From contig NC_058368.1 of the NCBI RefSeq assembly GCF_018350175.1, positions 208,322,001 through 208,386,000 on the forward strand: a stretch of DNA of 64,000 bases, given 5' to 3'. The position numbers and the translations under genes were made by a program. A model generated the notes under the pieces. The model worked only from the letters and a program-made list of their open reading frames with translations, had not been told where the DNA came from and made no database searches. This DNA comes from Felis catus. Taxonomy: Eukaryota. Positions 13,480 to 26,745 of the stretch are shown here, one piece after another (the first letter of the stretch is position 1; the number at the start of each line of letters is the position of its first letter).

Positions 13480-14025
13480 ATATTTAGTTATATATAATGA
13501 AGTATTATTCAGCCATGAGAAGAAAATTCTGCCATTTGCAGGAGCACAGATGAAACGAGGACATTATGTTAAATGAAATCAGGCAGAAGGAGAAAGACAA
13601 ATATTGTATGATCTCACTTTTATATTGGAATCTAAAAAAGTTGAACTCAAAGAACCAGAGAGGTGAACGTTGGTTGCTAAGGTCTGGAGGTGTAGGAAAT
13701 ACAAGAGGTTGGTTAAAGAATACAAATTGTCAGCTTTAAGATGAAAAGGTTCTGGGAATCTTACAGAACAGTGTGGTGATTATAGTCAACAACACTGTAT
13801 TATATTCTTGAAATTTGCCAAGAGAGGAAATCTTAACTGTTCTCACCCCAAACACACACAAAGGTAACTATATGAAGTAACAGATGTGCTAATTAACCTG
13901 ATTGTGGCCATTATTACACAAATGTATATACATATTAAATCCTCACATTGTATACCTTCGCAAAATCACACGGTACAATCTAAATATATACAATTTTTAT
14001 TTGCCAATCACACCTCAATAAAAGT
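13480..14025 (+). mobile_element. Old L1 (L1MA/MB-like) 3' end
   Basis: aaattctgccatttgca...atgatctcactttatattggaatct...cacctcaataaaa, preceded by (TG)n at 13444-13470. Confidence 0.8.
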
Positions 14026-14089
14026 GAGAAGAAAATCTAAAATAATCAGAAAAATTTTAGGAAATGCAAATAGTTGCCTGGGAAGTGGC

Positions 14090-15325
14090 CTTACAAAATA
14101 AGATGGATGACAGAATAAAATATCAAAATGATCCCCACATACAGAAACATAAGGCAAAGCCAACTCAAATGATAAATGTAAAATCTTATGTTAGGTCTTC
14201 TTAAAAAGCCAGCGGCACAGATATAAAGACAGAGAAAACCTGGGATAGCAAAAATCTATAGGGAAGGCAGAGGGCATAAAACTGGGCTTTAAAAATTGGT
14301 CACATGGGGCACCCGGGTGGCTCATTCGGTTAAGCGTCCGACTTCAGCCCGGGTCACGATCTCGAGGTCTGTGAGTTCAAGCCCCGCGTCGGGCTCTGGG
14401 CTGATGGCTCAGAGCCTGGAGCCTGTTTCTGATTCTGTGTCTCCCTCTCTCTCTGCCCCTCCCCCGTTCATGCTCTGTCTCTCTCTGTCTCAAAAATAAA
14501 TAAACGTTAAAAAAAAATTTTTAAAAATAAATAAATAAAAAATTGGTCACAAACTCAATATGAATTCTCTGGACAACGTGCTGTTGACCAGCTCAGCACC
14601 CATATCCTGGGGAGATGTGGTTTTCTAGGCCGATCGCTCAGCAGAAGGTGCTCTGGACTCATCTCCTCCTGAGGCAGAGTTCAAAGGGCTGCTACCGCTT
14701 GGCTTGAAAGAGCATAGGACAGTGTCTTTAGGTGAGAGACAGACTGTTGTCAAAGGAAGACGGTAAAGTTGCCTCCATGTTGTCCATATTGGACTAGGAG
14801 AACCAGTGGTTCCTGACAGGGAGGTCAATGGCAGGACATTACAAGGAAAACCCTTAATGGCTTAGGAATGGTGGACAATGAAGCCAGATGCCTCAGAAAA
14901 ATTGAACTCTGCATCAATGGCTATGTTGAAGCAGATGTTGGATGGCCATCAATCAGGGATGTAACAAGTGCCTTTCTGAACAGGAGGTTGGACTTTGTTC
15001 AGTAACTCTGACGTAGGGTCACGGTAACAAATACATTTATGCATAGTAATGCAATACACTTATACCTATATGTATGTATGCACATGAGCACAAAACTGAA
15101 GAGAAGTTTCAAGGAAAATATTTATCCTTACTCTATTCACTTTGCTATTTTCTTTTCTATCTCTTATTTTCCTTTTTTTTTTTATACTGGTAAGAATCCA
15201 CTAAATCAATCTTACCACCCACTGAAGTGTGGTGACCCATAATTTGAAAAACACTGGACAAAAAGGTTTTTTTTTTCCCCTTCAATACTTTGGATGGAGC
15301 TTTCAACTCTAAAATTCTATGATTA
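14090..15325 (+). mobile_element. L3/CR1 LINE 3' remnant, interrupted by a SINE and probably a DNA-transposon piece near 15000-15255
   Basis: atgttgaagcagatgttggatggccatcaatcagggatg and terminal ttcaactctaaaattctatgatt resemble the CR1/L3 3' end. Confidence 0.55.
14306..14538 (+). mobile_element. Can-SINE (SINEC_Fc)
   Basis: Full-length copy with TSD aaaaattggtcaca. Confidence 0.95.
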
Positions 15326-16149
15326 AAGAAAGCAGATTTTGTCAGTCATGGAAAGAAATCTATGGCTTATAGTTTAATCAAATGTCCCACAGGTGGCAAA
15401 CAAAGCCTATTAAACTCCAAATAATGCTCTAGATATGTCGAGCTCTACAAAGTCTTTGAATGACCCCCAGGAAGACCTACATTGGACAGTGTGACCCTCT
15501 ACACGCCACACATACGCCAAAACACAACACTGAAGCAAACATTTCATAAAATAATTCCTAGTTTTACTCTGTGTGATACCTTCTGATGGTCTCTCTTCTG
15601 TTCTATTTCACTTTTGAAAAACTCTTGTTCGGGATGCCTCAGCTGCTCCCACTACCTTCTAATGAGTAACTACTCACAGTTTGAGAACCTTTCTCTTCTA
15701 GAAAGTTGGGGCTGGGCTGAGGAGGGCCGCTCACGTGTGCTTCAGACCTTAACTAGGAAACTGGGCTAAGAACAGTTAAATTCTGCTGGGGAAACACTTC
15801 TGAGAATGGAATTTGTTGGTGCAGAAAACAGTCCTCCAGGGGATTCAGCAGAACATCCAGAATGGCCTTGACACTAGAGGCCACTCTACTGGTCTGAGAG
15901 AGAGTGGACCGAAAGCCTAATTATAGCAAATGAGAGATATGTGTGGCCTCCTTCCCTCAACATCAGATAATGTTTTGGGGAGAACCTTGGATTACTTGGA
16001 GGCTCCCTTCCTAAATATTTTCCTTCATATTATTCCTTCTCAGCTTCACCTCAGAAACAGAACTCTCCTCAAGATTCTCCCACGCCTTAAATCTAGTGCC
16101 AATATTACACCAATTATACTAACTTCTTTTTTTTCATTTCTTATATGAG

Positions 16150-16362
16150 TTTAATGATTTATTGATCTACTTATCTGTGAGAGAGAGAGAGCGCATGCAT
16201 AAGTGGGAGAGGGGCAGAGGGAGAGAAAGGGAGAGAGTATCTCAAGCAGACTTCATGCTCAGTGTGGACCGGATGCCGGGCTCAATCTCATGACCTGGGG
16301 ATCATAATCTGAGCCAAAATCAAGAGTCCGACACTCAACTGACTAAGCCACCCAGGCACCCC
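16150..16362 (-). mobile_element. Older Can-SINE subfamily
   Basis: Variant gagccaaaatcaagagtc...gccacccaggcacccc. Confidence 0.88.
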
Positions 16363-16439
16363 ATTAATGTTTTTCTTTAGTAATAGAGAAGACAGTATCA
16401 TTCATACCATTAAAATTTTTTATCACAATTTACCCATTT

Positions 16440-16735
16440 CTTTTTTTTTTCTTCCGAGTTTTTATCTAAATTCAAGTTAGTTAACATATAGTGGAGTATT
16501 GGTTTCAGGAGTAGAATTTAGTGATTCATCACTTACATATAACACCCAGTGCTCATCACAACAAGTGCCCTCTTTAATGCCCATCACACATTTAGCCCAT
16601 CCCTCCCCTGCCCACCTTCCCCCCAGCAACACTCAGTTTGTTCCCTATTGTTAAGCATCTCTTATGGTATGCCTCTCTCTGTTTTTATCTTATTTTTCCT
16701 TCCCTTCCCCTACGTTCGTCTGTTTTGTTTCGATT
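16440..16735 (-). mobile_element. Carnivore L1 3' fragment
   Basis: Poly-T then ttcaagttagttaacatatagt...aacacccagtgctcatcacaacaagtgccctc. Confidence 0.85.
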
Positions 16736-16879
16736 ATACCACCCTCTAATGTTATTTTATATTTCTTTCTTTCCTGCCAGGCTATGTGCTCATTAAGCAT
16801 GCTGATTGCCTTACTCATCTCTGTGTTCCTTGGAATGTCTTCATGATCCTTCAAAAGATCTGAAGGGACAGACTATATG

Positions 16880-17360
16880 TTCCTTTCCTGCTTAACACTC
16901 TCCATTGCTCCCTATTCCCTTCGGGACAAACATGAGCTCTGTTATTATGCCTGTTTTGCTCTGACCCTTTCTTGCTCTTACCCATCTAGTCTTATCTCTT
17001 GCTTCATAAAGCTTCAGATTTTCTAAGCAATTCCAGAAACATCATCTTGCCTCCAAGCCATCACTCAAGTAGCTTCTTCTAGCCTGACTCTTTTCATGCT
17101 GTGTCTTCCCTCCTCTTTGCCTGGTTATCACAGATGTGTCCTTCTTTGCTCCTGTAAGAAGCCTTCCCAGACTCCTTCAAAACTGAGTTAGATGCCAAGC
17201 TGGTATTCCTCTGGGCCCCTGGGCCCCACTCCTGCCTGCAACACTCACCACTTGGACTATGGTCTCCTCTGCCTTCCCCACTGGATTGTCTAAGCAGGGG
17301 CAGTTGCTGTTTGACCCCTAAATCTCTTGTGCACACTTTGCACATAGAAGGTATTCAATC
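16880..17360 (+). mobile_element. L2 fragment
   Basis: Pyrimidine-rich degenerate L2 with cttaacactctccattgctccc and gaagccttcccagact. Confidence 0.5.
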
Positions 17361-17363
17361 CAT

Positions 17364-17579
17364 GGGGCGCCTGGGTGGCGCAGTCGGTTAAGCGTCCGAC
17401 TTCAGCCAGGTCACGATCTCGCGGTCCGTGAGTTCGAGCCCCGCGTCAGGCTCTGGGCTGATGGCTCAGAGCCTGGAGCCTGTTTCCGATTCTGTGTCTC
17501 CCTCTCTCTCTGCCCCACCCCCGTTCATGCTCTGTCTCTCTCTGTCCCCAAAAAATAAATAAACGTTGAAAAAAAAAAA
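17364..17579 (+). mobile_element. Young SINEC_Fc
   Basis: CpGs intact and pure A tail. TSD agaaggtattcaatccat/agaagatattcaatccat. Confidence 0.96.
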
Positions 17580-17705
17580 AGAAGATATTCAATCCATACA
17601 TGTTTGGATGAACATATGCACGTAGTAAGTATCTGATAAAGACTGGCTAAGCTGAATTGAAATACCTTCAAAATTTGACCTTAAGAATAACAAGATGTCC
17701 TAAAT

Positions 17706-18087
17706 CAGGGGTTGGAAAACTTTAGCCGGCTCCAAGGTATTGTAAATAAAGTTTTATTGGGGGTGTGGGAGGGCACCTGTTGGGATGAGCACTGGGTGTT
17801 GTACGGAAACCAATTTGACAATAAATTTCATATTAAAAAAATAAATAAATAAAAGGCCAATTGTCCTTAACTGACAATTGGTTAGTATCAGAATAAAAAA
17901 ATATATAAAAAAATTTTAAAAAATAAAGTTTTATTGGGACCCAACCATGATCATTTGTTTAGTTACTGTCCATGACTGCTTTCTCGCTCCAATGGCAGAA
18001 CTGTGTAGTTGAGACAGAGGCCATATAGTGGGAAAGCACAAAATATTTACTAACTGACCCTGTGAAAAAAAACTTTGCCAACCTCTG
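17706..18087. mobile_element. MER58A-like hAT-Charlie element, host of an L1 insertion
   Basis: TIRs caggggttggaaaacttt / actttgccaacctctg, and internal tgtaaataaagttttattgg. Confidence 0.8.
17762..17920 (+). mobile_element. Very short L1_Fc 3' end with extra 3' sequence
   Basis: gagggcacctgttgggatgagcactgggtgttgtacggaaaccaatttgacaataaatttcat, matching 47659-47720. 18-bp TSD aaataaagttttattggg. Confidence 0.9.
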
Positions 18088-18097
18088 ATCTGAGACA

Positions 18098-18600
18098 ACA
18101 GTCTCTAACTTTGTACCACTTCAACAGTCTGAGGAAGATCTATGAACCCTTCTCAGAATATTTTTAAATGCATGAAATAAAAAACACTTAGGATTGCAAA
18201 AAGACACCAGTTATACTGAAAACAATGATCTAAACAATAAAAAAATTACGATTATGAGAATATATGTACTTCTTTATTAGTACATTAAATAATGATGCCT
18301 AGTGATGGATTAAATAACTATAATGATTTCAAAGTAGTGATAAGCATTACTGGTATTATGAGATAGGTACAACAGTTGTAAAGGGACAAAATAATATACC
18401 TGTGATTCTATTAGTGGCAAAGCCACGGGAATTGCTAATACCACTGTAGTTTGTTGACTACATTCCTATTTGGAGGACATTAAATTTCAGTTGATAAAAC
18501 TAAGAATGTAATTTTTGTCCAACCAAGATCCAGGGACCCCCCTGAATTCTATCTATCTATGGACCCCTTGGGGATCTATAGGCTACAGGTTAAGCATCCT
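18098..18600. mobile_element. hAT-Charlie fossil (Charlie4a-like)
   Basis: acccttctcagaatatttttaaatgcat...tgaattctatctatctatggaccccttgggg...caggttaagcatcct. Family name is from memory. Confidence 0.65.
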
Positions 18601-20950
18601 ACTCCAAGAGAAGAGACATGATCCCATAGATTATCCAGGGGTAAGAGAAAACCTCACACTCAGAAGAGCCTCTGATTCTCTGTCCATTTTACAGACTAGT
18701 TTTATGCAGGATTTGCTCTACACTAGAATGAATTGCAGAGGAAAATCCTAAACTACTAAGTAGTCATAGTTTAAAAAAAAAATGTATTATTTGACCTTCA
18801 GCTTTCAGCCTCTTTCTTTATTTATGAATTGGTTCAACTCAACCAAATGACAAACAGATAGATACAATGGGGGTAATGATAAACTCAGCTGGCAATTTGT
18901 CCCAGGCAGGGCAACTGGAGAGCATGCTTTCATTTATAGTTTACAAATGTCTCCCAATGCTGTTACACCAGAATTCAATTTATGTGAGCTCACATCAATC
19001 TGACCAGGGATTACATCGGGATAGCTCATGGTAGGAGGGATGGAATCTTTACGGGATCAATTTGTAGAACTCTAAGTCAGACTTCTGCACAAACATTTAG
19101 AACCACCCTTCCATTTGACCCTAAGTGGAGGAACTTGCTGGCTACCAGAATGTCTGAGATCAGGCATCAGCCTAGAAGGTGGTCCTAAGATTTTTTATTT
19201 AGAAACTAAAGATAAGAAAAAGGAATTTTTTGTGAAGCACCACTTGTTAATATGAAATCTCAGCTGACATCAAAGCAAGCCCATTCTTGCTTCTTCCTGA
19301 TTCTGCTGGTGGTGGTAAGGAAGGCTTATACTTAAACAGCACAACTTCCTAAATACTTGCTTGAAAAGAAAGGAAGATTTTTTTTTTTTTGCTTTTTTCC
19401 CCCCATTCTTCCCCAAATTAATCAACTGCATAGGAACAATTCTTTAAATATTTTAAGCTTTATACTTTGGGGGCCAAGAAAACCAACACAAGGACTACAT
19501 CACTGTTAAATATTGTAGCCATTTGCCTAATTATTGCTATAAATTCTAGTAAAAAGCTACACAAAAAGTTGGCAATTCACTTCCATCTTATGAAGAGCTC
19601 CAAAACACAGGTTATCATTCAACATGAAATAAAAGAACAATGGGAACTTCCAGTTAGTCTTATACATGAGGTATAAGCTTTGCCATCTACTGGTATTCCT
19701 CTTATGATGAGCAAACAAAAGCAATGAATAACTTGGGGTTGGGGGGAAAGAGGAGGCAGACGTGTGTGAAGATCCCAGGTGGGTTTTGCCTGGCTTACAC
19801 TTCTGCAGTTGGTAAGGTCGATCGTTGGTTACTGGCCTCTGAGATGAGTGGTAAAGGGTTCATTGAACCCCTGTGGCTCATGTGCCAACACATTTCCATT
19901 TCCAACGCACGAAAAATCTTCTACAAGCCACTTCTCTAAGTATGGTACACACAGCTTTTCATATTCACAAGCCTCCTGAGGTAGCCGTTATTGTCATCCT
20001 TACTTTACGGTGGAGGGAAATAAGGCTCAGAGAGGTTGAGGAGCTCATACGAGGTTCCAGCTAGTTTTGGCATTCTCTGGGTTCAATCCTGTGACTGTCA
20101 TGTCCAAATGTTCATCAGCACCTATTTGACACATGGTATGTTTACCCCATGCTAGGTGTTATATTCTGCAAAGGGGAACACGTCAAGATGTTGCCCTCAT
20201 GTCCTGGTGAGGAAGACCTTGAACAAGTAATTAACTACAAGTGTGTTGAGTGTTGCAAGAAAATGTTACAGGTGTATCTAACCTAGTCTGGGGAGGGGGC
20301 AGGGTTTCAAGGAAGGCTTCCTGGACAAGGTGGTATTTAAGCAGGGGTCCTGAAGGCCGAACAAGAGATAGCTAGGCAAAGAGGTAGAAGAACTATCCTG
20401 GCTGAGAACAGCAAACATAAAGACTTCTAGCCAGGAAAGAACATGGCTCTGTACGAGAGCAGAAGAGATCTATCCCCAAAGTCACCATAGCAACGTTTCC
20501 TCCCATTGACTGAGCACATTTGGGAGCCAGGAGCTGTTCTGTACATTTCATATGCATCAACTCATGTAAACAACTCCATGAGGTAAATAGATTGTTATCC
20601 TTATTCCTCTGTCTGAGACAAAGAGAAATTAAATAATCTACCTAAAATGACACAGCTTAAAAGTGGTGGAGGGAAGGGTTGGACCAGGGAGCTAACCCCC
20701 AAAGCCTATGCATTAAACTTCCAGTCTGTACTGCCTCACCTTTGTCACGAGGACAGCAAACCAGGGTCACTGGGTTCTAGAGCGCAGATGGTCCAGCCTT
20801 ATTTATACACAAGGAAGCTAAGAATTAGAATTGAGCAACTCAGGCCCAGGATTAGAGAGGCCAGCTCTGGGCTATGTCTTCTGATTCTACATTTGAACAA
20901 ACTCTAACTTGAAAGATGAAACCAAGCATCAGACTAGAAGTCTCAATTCT

Positions 20951-21376
20951 TTTTTTTTATTAAGTTTTTATTTCAGGGGCTCCCGGGCGGCTCAGTTGGT
21001 TAAGTGACCAACTTCAGCTCAGGTCATGATCTCACAGATCATGAGTTCAAGCCCCATGTCAGGATCTGTGCTGACAGCTCAGAGCCTGGAGCCTGCTTCA
21101 GATTCTGTCTCCTTTGCTCTCTGCCCCTCCTCCGCTCACGTTCTGTCTATCTGTCTCTCTCTCTCTCAAAAATGAATAAACGTTAAAATTTTTTTCAAAT
21201 TTTTATTTTAATTCCAGTATAGTTACCATACAGTGTTAAATCAGCTTCAGGTGTACAATACAGTGATTCAACACTTCTACACAACACCAGGTACTCATCA
21301 CAACAAGTGCACTCCTTAATCCCTGTCACCAATTTCACCCATCTTCCCCACCCACCTCCCCTCAGTTTGTTCTCTA
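20951..21376 (-). mobile_element. Carnivore L1 3' fragment with a SINE in its tail
   Basis: TSD aagtctcaattct at 20938-20950 and 21377-21389. L1 3' UTR attccagtatagttacc...aacaagtgcactccttaatcc. Confidence 0.85.
20976..21187 (+). mobile_element. Can-SINE nested in an L1 tail
   Basis: ggggctcccgggcggctcag head through aaaaatgaataaacgttaaaa. Confidence 0.92.
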
Positions 21377-22002
21377 AAGTCTCAATTCTGAACGAGAAAC
21401 TTTAACCTTCATAGGCCGTGACCTTGACCATGAGTCAAATCACATCATCCCTTAAAACTATTCAAGGAAAATCCATAATCCATTGAGCTTCTATCCTGAA
21501 TCCCAGATTTCATCTTTATTTTAGTAACAGCCTTTACAAGGTAACTTCCTGTGAGCAAACTAATTAAATTCATTTGTTACTTGCAGACTAAGGAAGAGTT
21601 TTTGATAGGATGGAAAGACAGATGGCTTTGACAAAAATATCAATTTGTACAATAATTTAAAAAACCCACCCAAGTGTGTATGACCTTAAGATTCTCACGC
21701 GAAACCAATAGGTAGGCATTGCAATCGGCTTAGAAGCAGCCCTGTGTGAAGATGAATTTTGCAAGTCTTATTATGGAAGGCATCTGCAAGAGACCAGGGA
21801 AGTATCTGAGCAGAAAGGTGTGAAAGGGAAAAGAGGGCAAGCATTGCTTTTTCTCATTTATTAGGATAACTGTCTTGGGCTGAGATTGAGATCAACAGTT
21901 CTTGACCAGCGTCCTTAATACATACACAGAAATATTTTGAACTTTCACATGTACCCCAAATAAGCCAGTGTGGACTTTTTTTTTTAATTAAAAACAGCCA
22001 CT

Positions 22003-22293
22003 ATCATTTATATGTGGAATTTAAGAAACAAAACAAACAAGCAAGGGGAGAAAAGAGAGAGAGAGAGAGGCAAACCAAGAAACAGACTCTTAACTCTAGA
22101 GAACAAACGGAGGGTTACCAGAGGGGAGGTGAATGGGGGGATGGGTGAAATAGGTGATGGGGATTAAGGAGTGCACTTGCCATCATGAACACTAGGTACT
22201 GTGTGGAAATGTTGAACTTCTATATTGTATACCTACACCTAATATAACACTGCATGGTAACTATACTGGAATTAAAATTAAAACTCAAAAAGT
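22003..22293 (+). mobile_element. Carnivore L1 3' fragment
   Basis: atatgtggaatttaagaaacaaaac...ctatactggaattaaaat. TSD aaacagccact. Confidence 0.88.
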
Positions 22294-23222
22294 AAACAGC
22301 CACTGAAAGCTTTAATCTACCCTTTCCAGCAACTGTCAATGCAAAACTCAAGCAATTTTAGCCCATCAGGTCACACTTGTAGAAAAACTATACTTAAGTT
22401 AAATGAAAACTGTTTTTCACCTGTAACCAACCTGATAGATAGCGTATGTGGGTCATGGCACCCCAAATGGAACATCAGAGATAGGGAATATTTTTCTAGG
22501 CCTTTAGTTTTCATTGCCACCATAGTATATATTTTTTGCTTATGAGAAAGGCACTTACCCTGGGGAAATTCTTAGGCAGGAGGAAAACTGCTCAGATATT
22601 TATAGCTAAAATATTTCAAAACATAGGTAGCTATATTTATGCTTGGTTCTTATTTTAATAAACAGTAAGGACTGCTGCCTCCAAAGAAATTTTCAGTATC
22701 ACTTTAGAAAAAAAAAACTTCTCCTTCACCTCAAATGCATGGCTTTTCTGTTTTAAAAAAGCAGGTAAACGTTTGAAAGACATTGCAAAATATGTTACAG
22801 CCTAAGCTTACTTAGAATCGGCCTCTTCACATTTTTTTCTACACTAAAATAAAAAATCTACTGTTAGTGAGGAAGCAAATAAATAGCCCCCAGGCCAACT
22901 CTGGGGGAGATCAGATTACTCTCAACGAAAAGCTTCATCTTGCCTGAACCAGAGACTAAGACACGGAGAGCACCCCTTCAGGGTGGTCACCCTAAGGATG
23001 TCTTTCATTTTAAGGAGGTAGAAGCGGGATGAGAAACAAAATTTTGCTTGGTCCTAAGCCCACGACTCAAGACAGCATCATAAATATACAATGTCTACCT
23101 GAAATATCACCCAAACTAGCAAGTAAGCAGTCAGTACCCCCAGACTCTGGTCTAGTGTAATTCCTCAGGTTAAGCTTTTATCAGCCAGTTAAATCGTTTT
23201 TAAAAAGGTTTTTAGACTACTT

Positions 23223-23446
23223 CTTTTAAAAAATTTTTTAATGTTTATTTATCTTTGAGAGAGAGAGAGAGACAGAGCGTGAGCAGGGAAGGGGCAGAGA
23301 GAGAGAGGGAGACACAGGATCCAAAGCAGGCACCAGGCTCTGAGCTGTCAGCACAGAGCCCAACATGGGGCTTGAACTCTCGAACCGCAAGATCATGACC
23401 TGAGCTGAAGTCAGACACTCAACCGACTGAGCCACCCAGGGGCCCC
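23223..23446 (-). mobile_element. Can-SINE
   Basis: Full-length reverse copy. Confidence 0.93.
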
Positions 23447-24073
23447 TAGGCTATTATTTCTTAACAAAGCCTTTAATATCATTATCCTCATCGACTAAGA
23501 AGACCAACTGATGTAGAAGTGCCTACCAAGGCAGAGAGACAGAGGAGAAGCTGTTCTTCCAGGGACAGGACTGGGAAGAGAATTTCACATTAAGGTGGTT
23601 GAAATCTGAGGATAACCTCCGGCGGTGAACTGATTTCTACAATTTCCTAGTCTTGGCTTGCCAAAGGCCTCCCTCTTGGATATAACAAGAAACTAAAGAC
23701 CTGTCACAGGTGTTTCTGAACACAGGAGGTATCTGGGCAAAAAAGAATTTAATATTAAAATGAAGCAGACCTTTCTGGGGAAAATAGAATGATGACTAAA
23801 GACTCCCAGAAGCTTCTCATGCTAATTGCAGTTTCTGATTTAGCCCTCAGAAAAGCTCTCTCTAAACGTATCCTTGAGCACTCACGCGTAATCGGATAGA
23901 CTCTGAGACGTTTACAAGTGGATATGGGGATTTTTTCTGCAGCCAAACATTAAATACCACGAGAAGCTGTGAAAGCTTTCCTTCTAGAACAACAGCAAAC
24001 AGCAGCCTAAGATGAGGCTTCGTGTATCCTTACCAGCAGGGCTCTGGGCGGGCTGAGTCTATGCTTCCATTTC

Positions 24074-24304
24074 TTTTTTTTATTTTTTAGTTTTTAATGT
24101 TTATTTATTTTTTTGAGAGAGACAGAGACAGAATGCGAGTGGGTTAGGGGCAGAGAGAGAGGGAGACACAGAAGCAGAAGCAGGCTCCAGGCTCTGAGCT
24201 GTCAGCACAGAGCCCGCCCGACGTGGGGCTGGAACTCACGAGCTGTGAGATCATGACCTGAGCCTAAGTCGGACGCTCAACCGACCTAGCCGCCCAGGCG
24301 CCCC
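24074..24304 (-). mobile_element. Can-SINE
   Basis: Full-length reverse copy with perfect TSD ctatgcttccatttct. Confidence 0.95.
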
Positions 24305-25329
24305 TATGCTTCCATTTCTGAAGGTGGATCACAGACATGAAAGGGATATAGGGCTTCACAAGAGTACTGAGCTGGAAGTCAGGAGACTTCCAAATTTTGA
24401 CTCTGTTCCCAACCAGTCATTTTACCTTGGCAAAGCAGCGTAAGCAACTGAGTCTCAACTTCTTTCTTTGTCACAAAGAAGTAGTAGTGTGGAGGGGAGG
24501 AAACTAACAGATATTCAATATCTGCGAAACACTTTATGAAGACAGTAACCAACAATTTTCCAATGAGAATTACACCAGCTTGATATCACATACGAGGAAG
24601 TGGAGGTTCTGAGATAAAATCATTTGACCAAAGCTACATATTCGGGAAGAAAACAGAGAGGCAGAATTCCTAGTATAGGGGCTGGGAATAGGGGTCAGCT
24701 TTCCCCATTCTGCCATGTTCCATTTGAAACTCCAAGATGTCCAAGAGTTTTAAATTCAAAGTTAGCTTTTCAGAAAACATGGTAAAATTATACTGGTCAA
24801 GACAAATAGATTTTTTTTAAAAAATTAAGAGTTGTTAGAATGGTATATAATTTTTAAATGTGTGTACATAAAAATTGGGGACCTGAGCCCTCAAACGTTA
24901 GAGACTGTTTTCAATGTTAAAATGCATTTCTGTTGGTGACGAAGTATAATTATTACATGTAGGTACATAACACCCATATGTATCTTACACTTTTGTAGGT
25001 TTTAATATCTACAAAGTTCCCTCTCATATGTGATTTCAGTTGATCCTCCTGACCACCCACTGTAAGGCTGGAAGGTTTTCACCCATCTAATTGCAGATAA
25101 GGACTGGCAGTCAACGTCTGGGGGCTCCAAGTCACCTCCCTTTGTCACACTTCTCATTGCAGCAGCAGCTGGGGGTGGAAAGTTTCATGTGAGCTCAGAT
25201 TTGCCTTACAGACCAGGATCCAAGCTCAATCACCTGCTGTGCTCATATCACACCTTCTTCTATCCTGAGATCCTTGTCCTTAATCTACATGCTGGCAGAG
25301 CCTAGAAATATGGGAAGTTATGCCCCTGA

Positions 25330-25604
25330 AGGAAACCCTCAATCAACAGAGGAGAACGGAAGCCAGTGGGTAAATGGCTCCTGTCCTTTGAGAGGGATTC
25401 TGCATACTTCAAAGAGTGCTCAGTGGGATCAAACCTCCATAGAAGCCCCTGCTACCTCCAGAAATGACTTCAGCGACATAGTTATTCATCCTCCTTCCCT
25501 GTCTCACCCTTTCCACTTTCTCATTCCTGCTTCCAAATAAAATAAACCACTTGCACTCTAGCCCTTGTATCAGGCTATCCTGCGGGGGAGCCCGAGCTAC
25601 AAGA
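25330..25604 (+). mobile_element. ERVL LTR16-like solo LTR remnant
   Basis: 3' end aataaaccacttgcactctagcccttgtatcaggct...gggggagcccgagctacaaga resembles the LTR16 terminus. Confidence 0.55.
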
Positions 25605-26209
25605 GGGACTGAAGTATCAGGGCTGGAAGTGATCAGCGCAGGGCCTCCTGGCCGGCAGGTAGTGGAGGCAGGGCTCTCTTCCGGTTCTTCTGGTTCGAAC
25701 CCCATCCAATCACTTTCATCGTCCACTTTCAGTTATGCACACAAGTTAAGAAGCTGCAATGTCTACCTTTTGTCAATATGCCAGACTTAAAAAAAGTTTT
25801 AAAAATACATGTTTTAGCTCACAATTAAAAATAAATGGTAGCCATCATCTTTGCTGGTGGTTATACAGACAGTCTGCTGGGCTCGCAGGAAAAAAAAAAT
25901 TGCATTTCCCCAAATTTCAAAGTACTACACTTTGCTTTGGGTGTGCTAGACAGAAATGCATCACAAATGAATGAATGTGAATCAGAAATGTTAAGTTTCA
26001 GCCCAAGTTTTACAGATGAGCAAGCCGAAGTTTTAGGAAACTTTCAGTGTTTCCTGTTTACTCTCGGAATGAGCATTAGAATCTCTTCTATTCCAGGCAC
26101 ACCCCAGCTTTGCCTACCAAATTTGTTCAACAGCAGGTTTGCCGATTATCCTCAATGATGAGCATCAGTCTGGAACTTTGCAGTGGGCGTCGTTTCCTTC
26201 CTCTAATTT

Positions 26210-26745
26210 TCTCAGGATCTCTTCTTCCCTCTTTCATTAATAGCACCACAATTTTCCTTTGAGGAGCCAACCCTCCCGAACTCTCTCCATCCGTGTACTT
26301 CAGGTGCGAATGACCCACCAGTTCCAGAGCTCAGAATATGACAAATGTTTGCCCAATTAGGGTAGCCTCCTCCCTGGCCACAGTGACTGGCTCAGAGTAT
26401 GGAGAGGAACCCAACCCTGGCCAACTAAGGTGAACACTGAGACTCAAGTGGGTCCACTGAGAAATGACCCCTCTTTTCCTGTGGGGAGCTACGCTAGTGG
26501 GTGGCAAGTCTTCAGTGCCTGGTGGCCATCTTGCCACATCAGAAAAGCCTTCTTGAAAATGAAGCCAATACAGGGGAAAGCATAGCACAGAGATGGATGG
26601 AGACAAATGGCTGCTCTGGAACAGATCACATCTTCCCTGAATCTGGATTTTCCACCGGACTTTGGAGTCACAGGAGTCAACACAGAACTGCCTCGTCTTC
26701 TTCCAGGCTTCTGCCACTTGCAAGTCAATAAGTCCTGCCTGAAAC
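26210..26745 (+). mobile_element. Old MaLR/ERVL LTR (MLT1J/K-like)
   Basis: ggccacagtgactggctcag, ggtggccatcttgccac, aatgaagccaatac and terminal tctgccacttgcaagtcaataagtcctg. Confidence 0.65.

Noticed and set aside
25409..25726. Protein-like minus-strand ORF MDDESDWMGFEPEEPEESP...
   Set aside because: It runs into an LTR remnant, has no convincing splice sites and does not match recalled pikachurin sequence.
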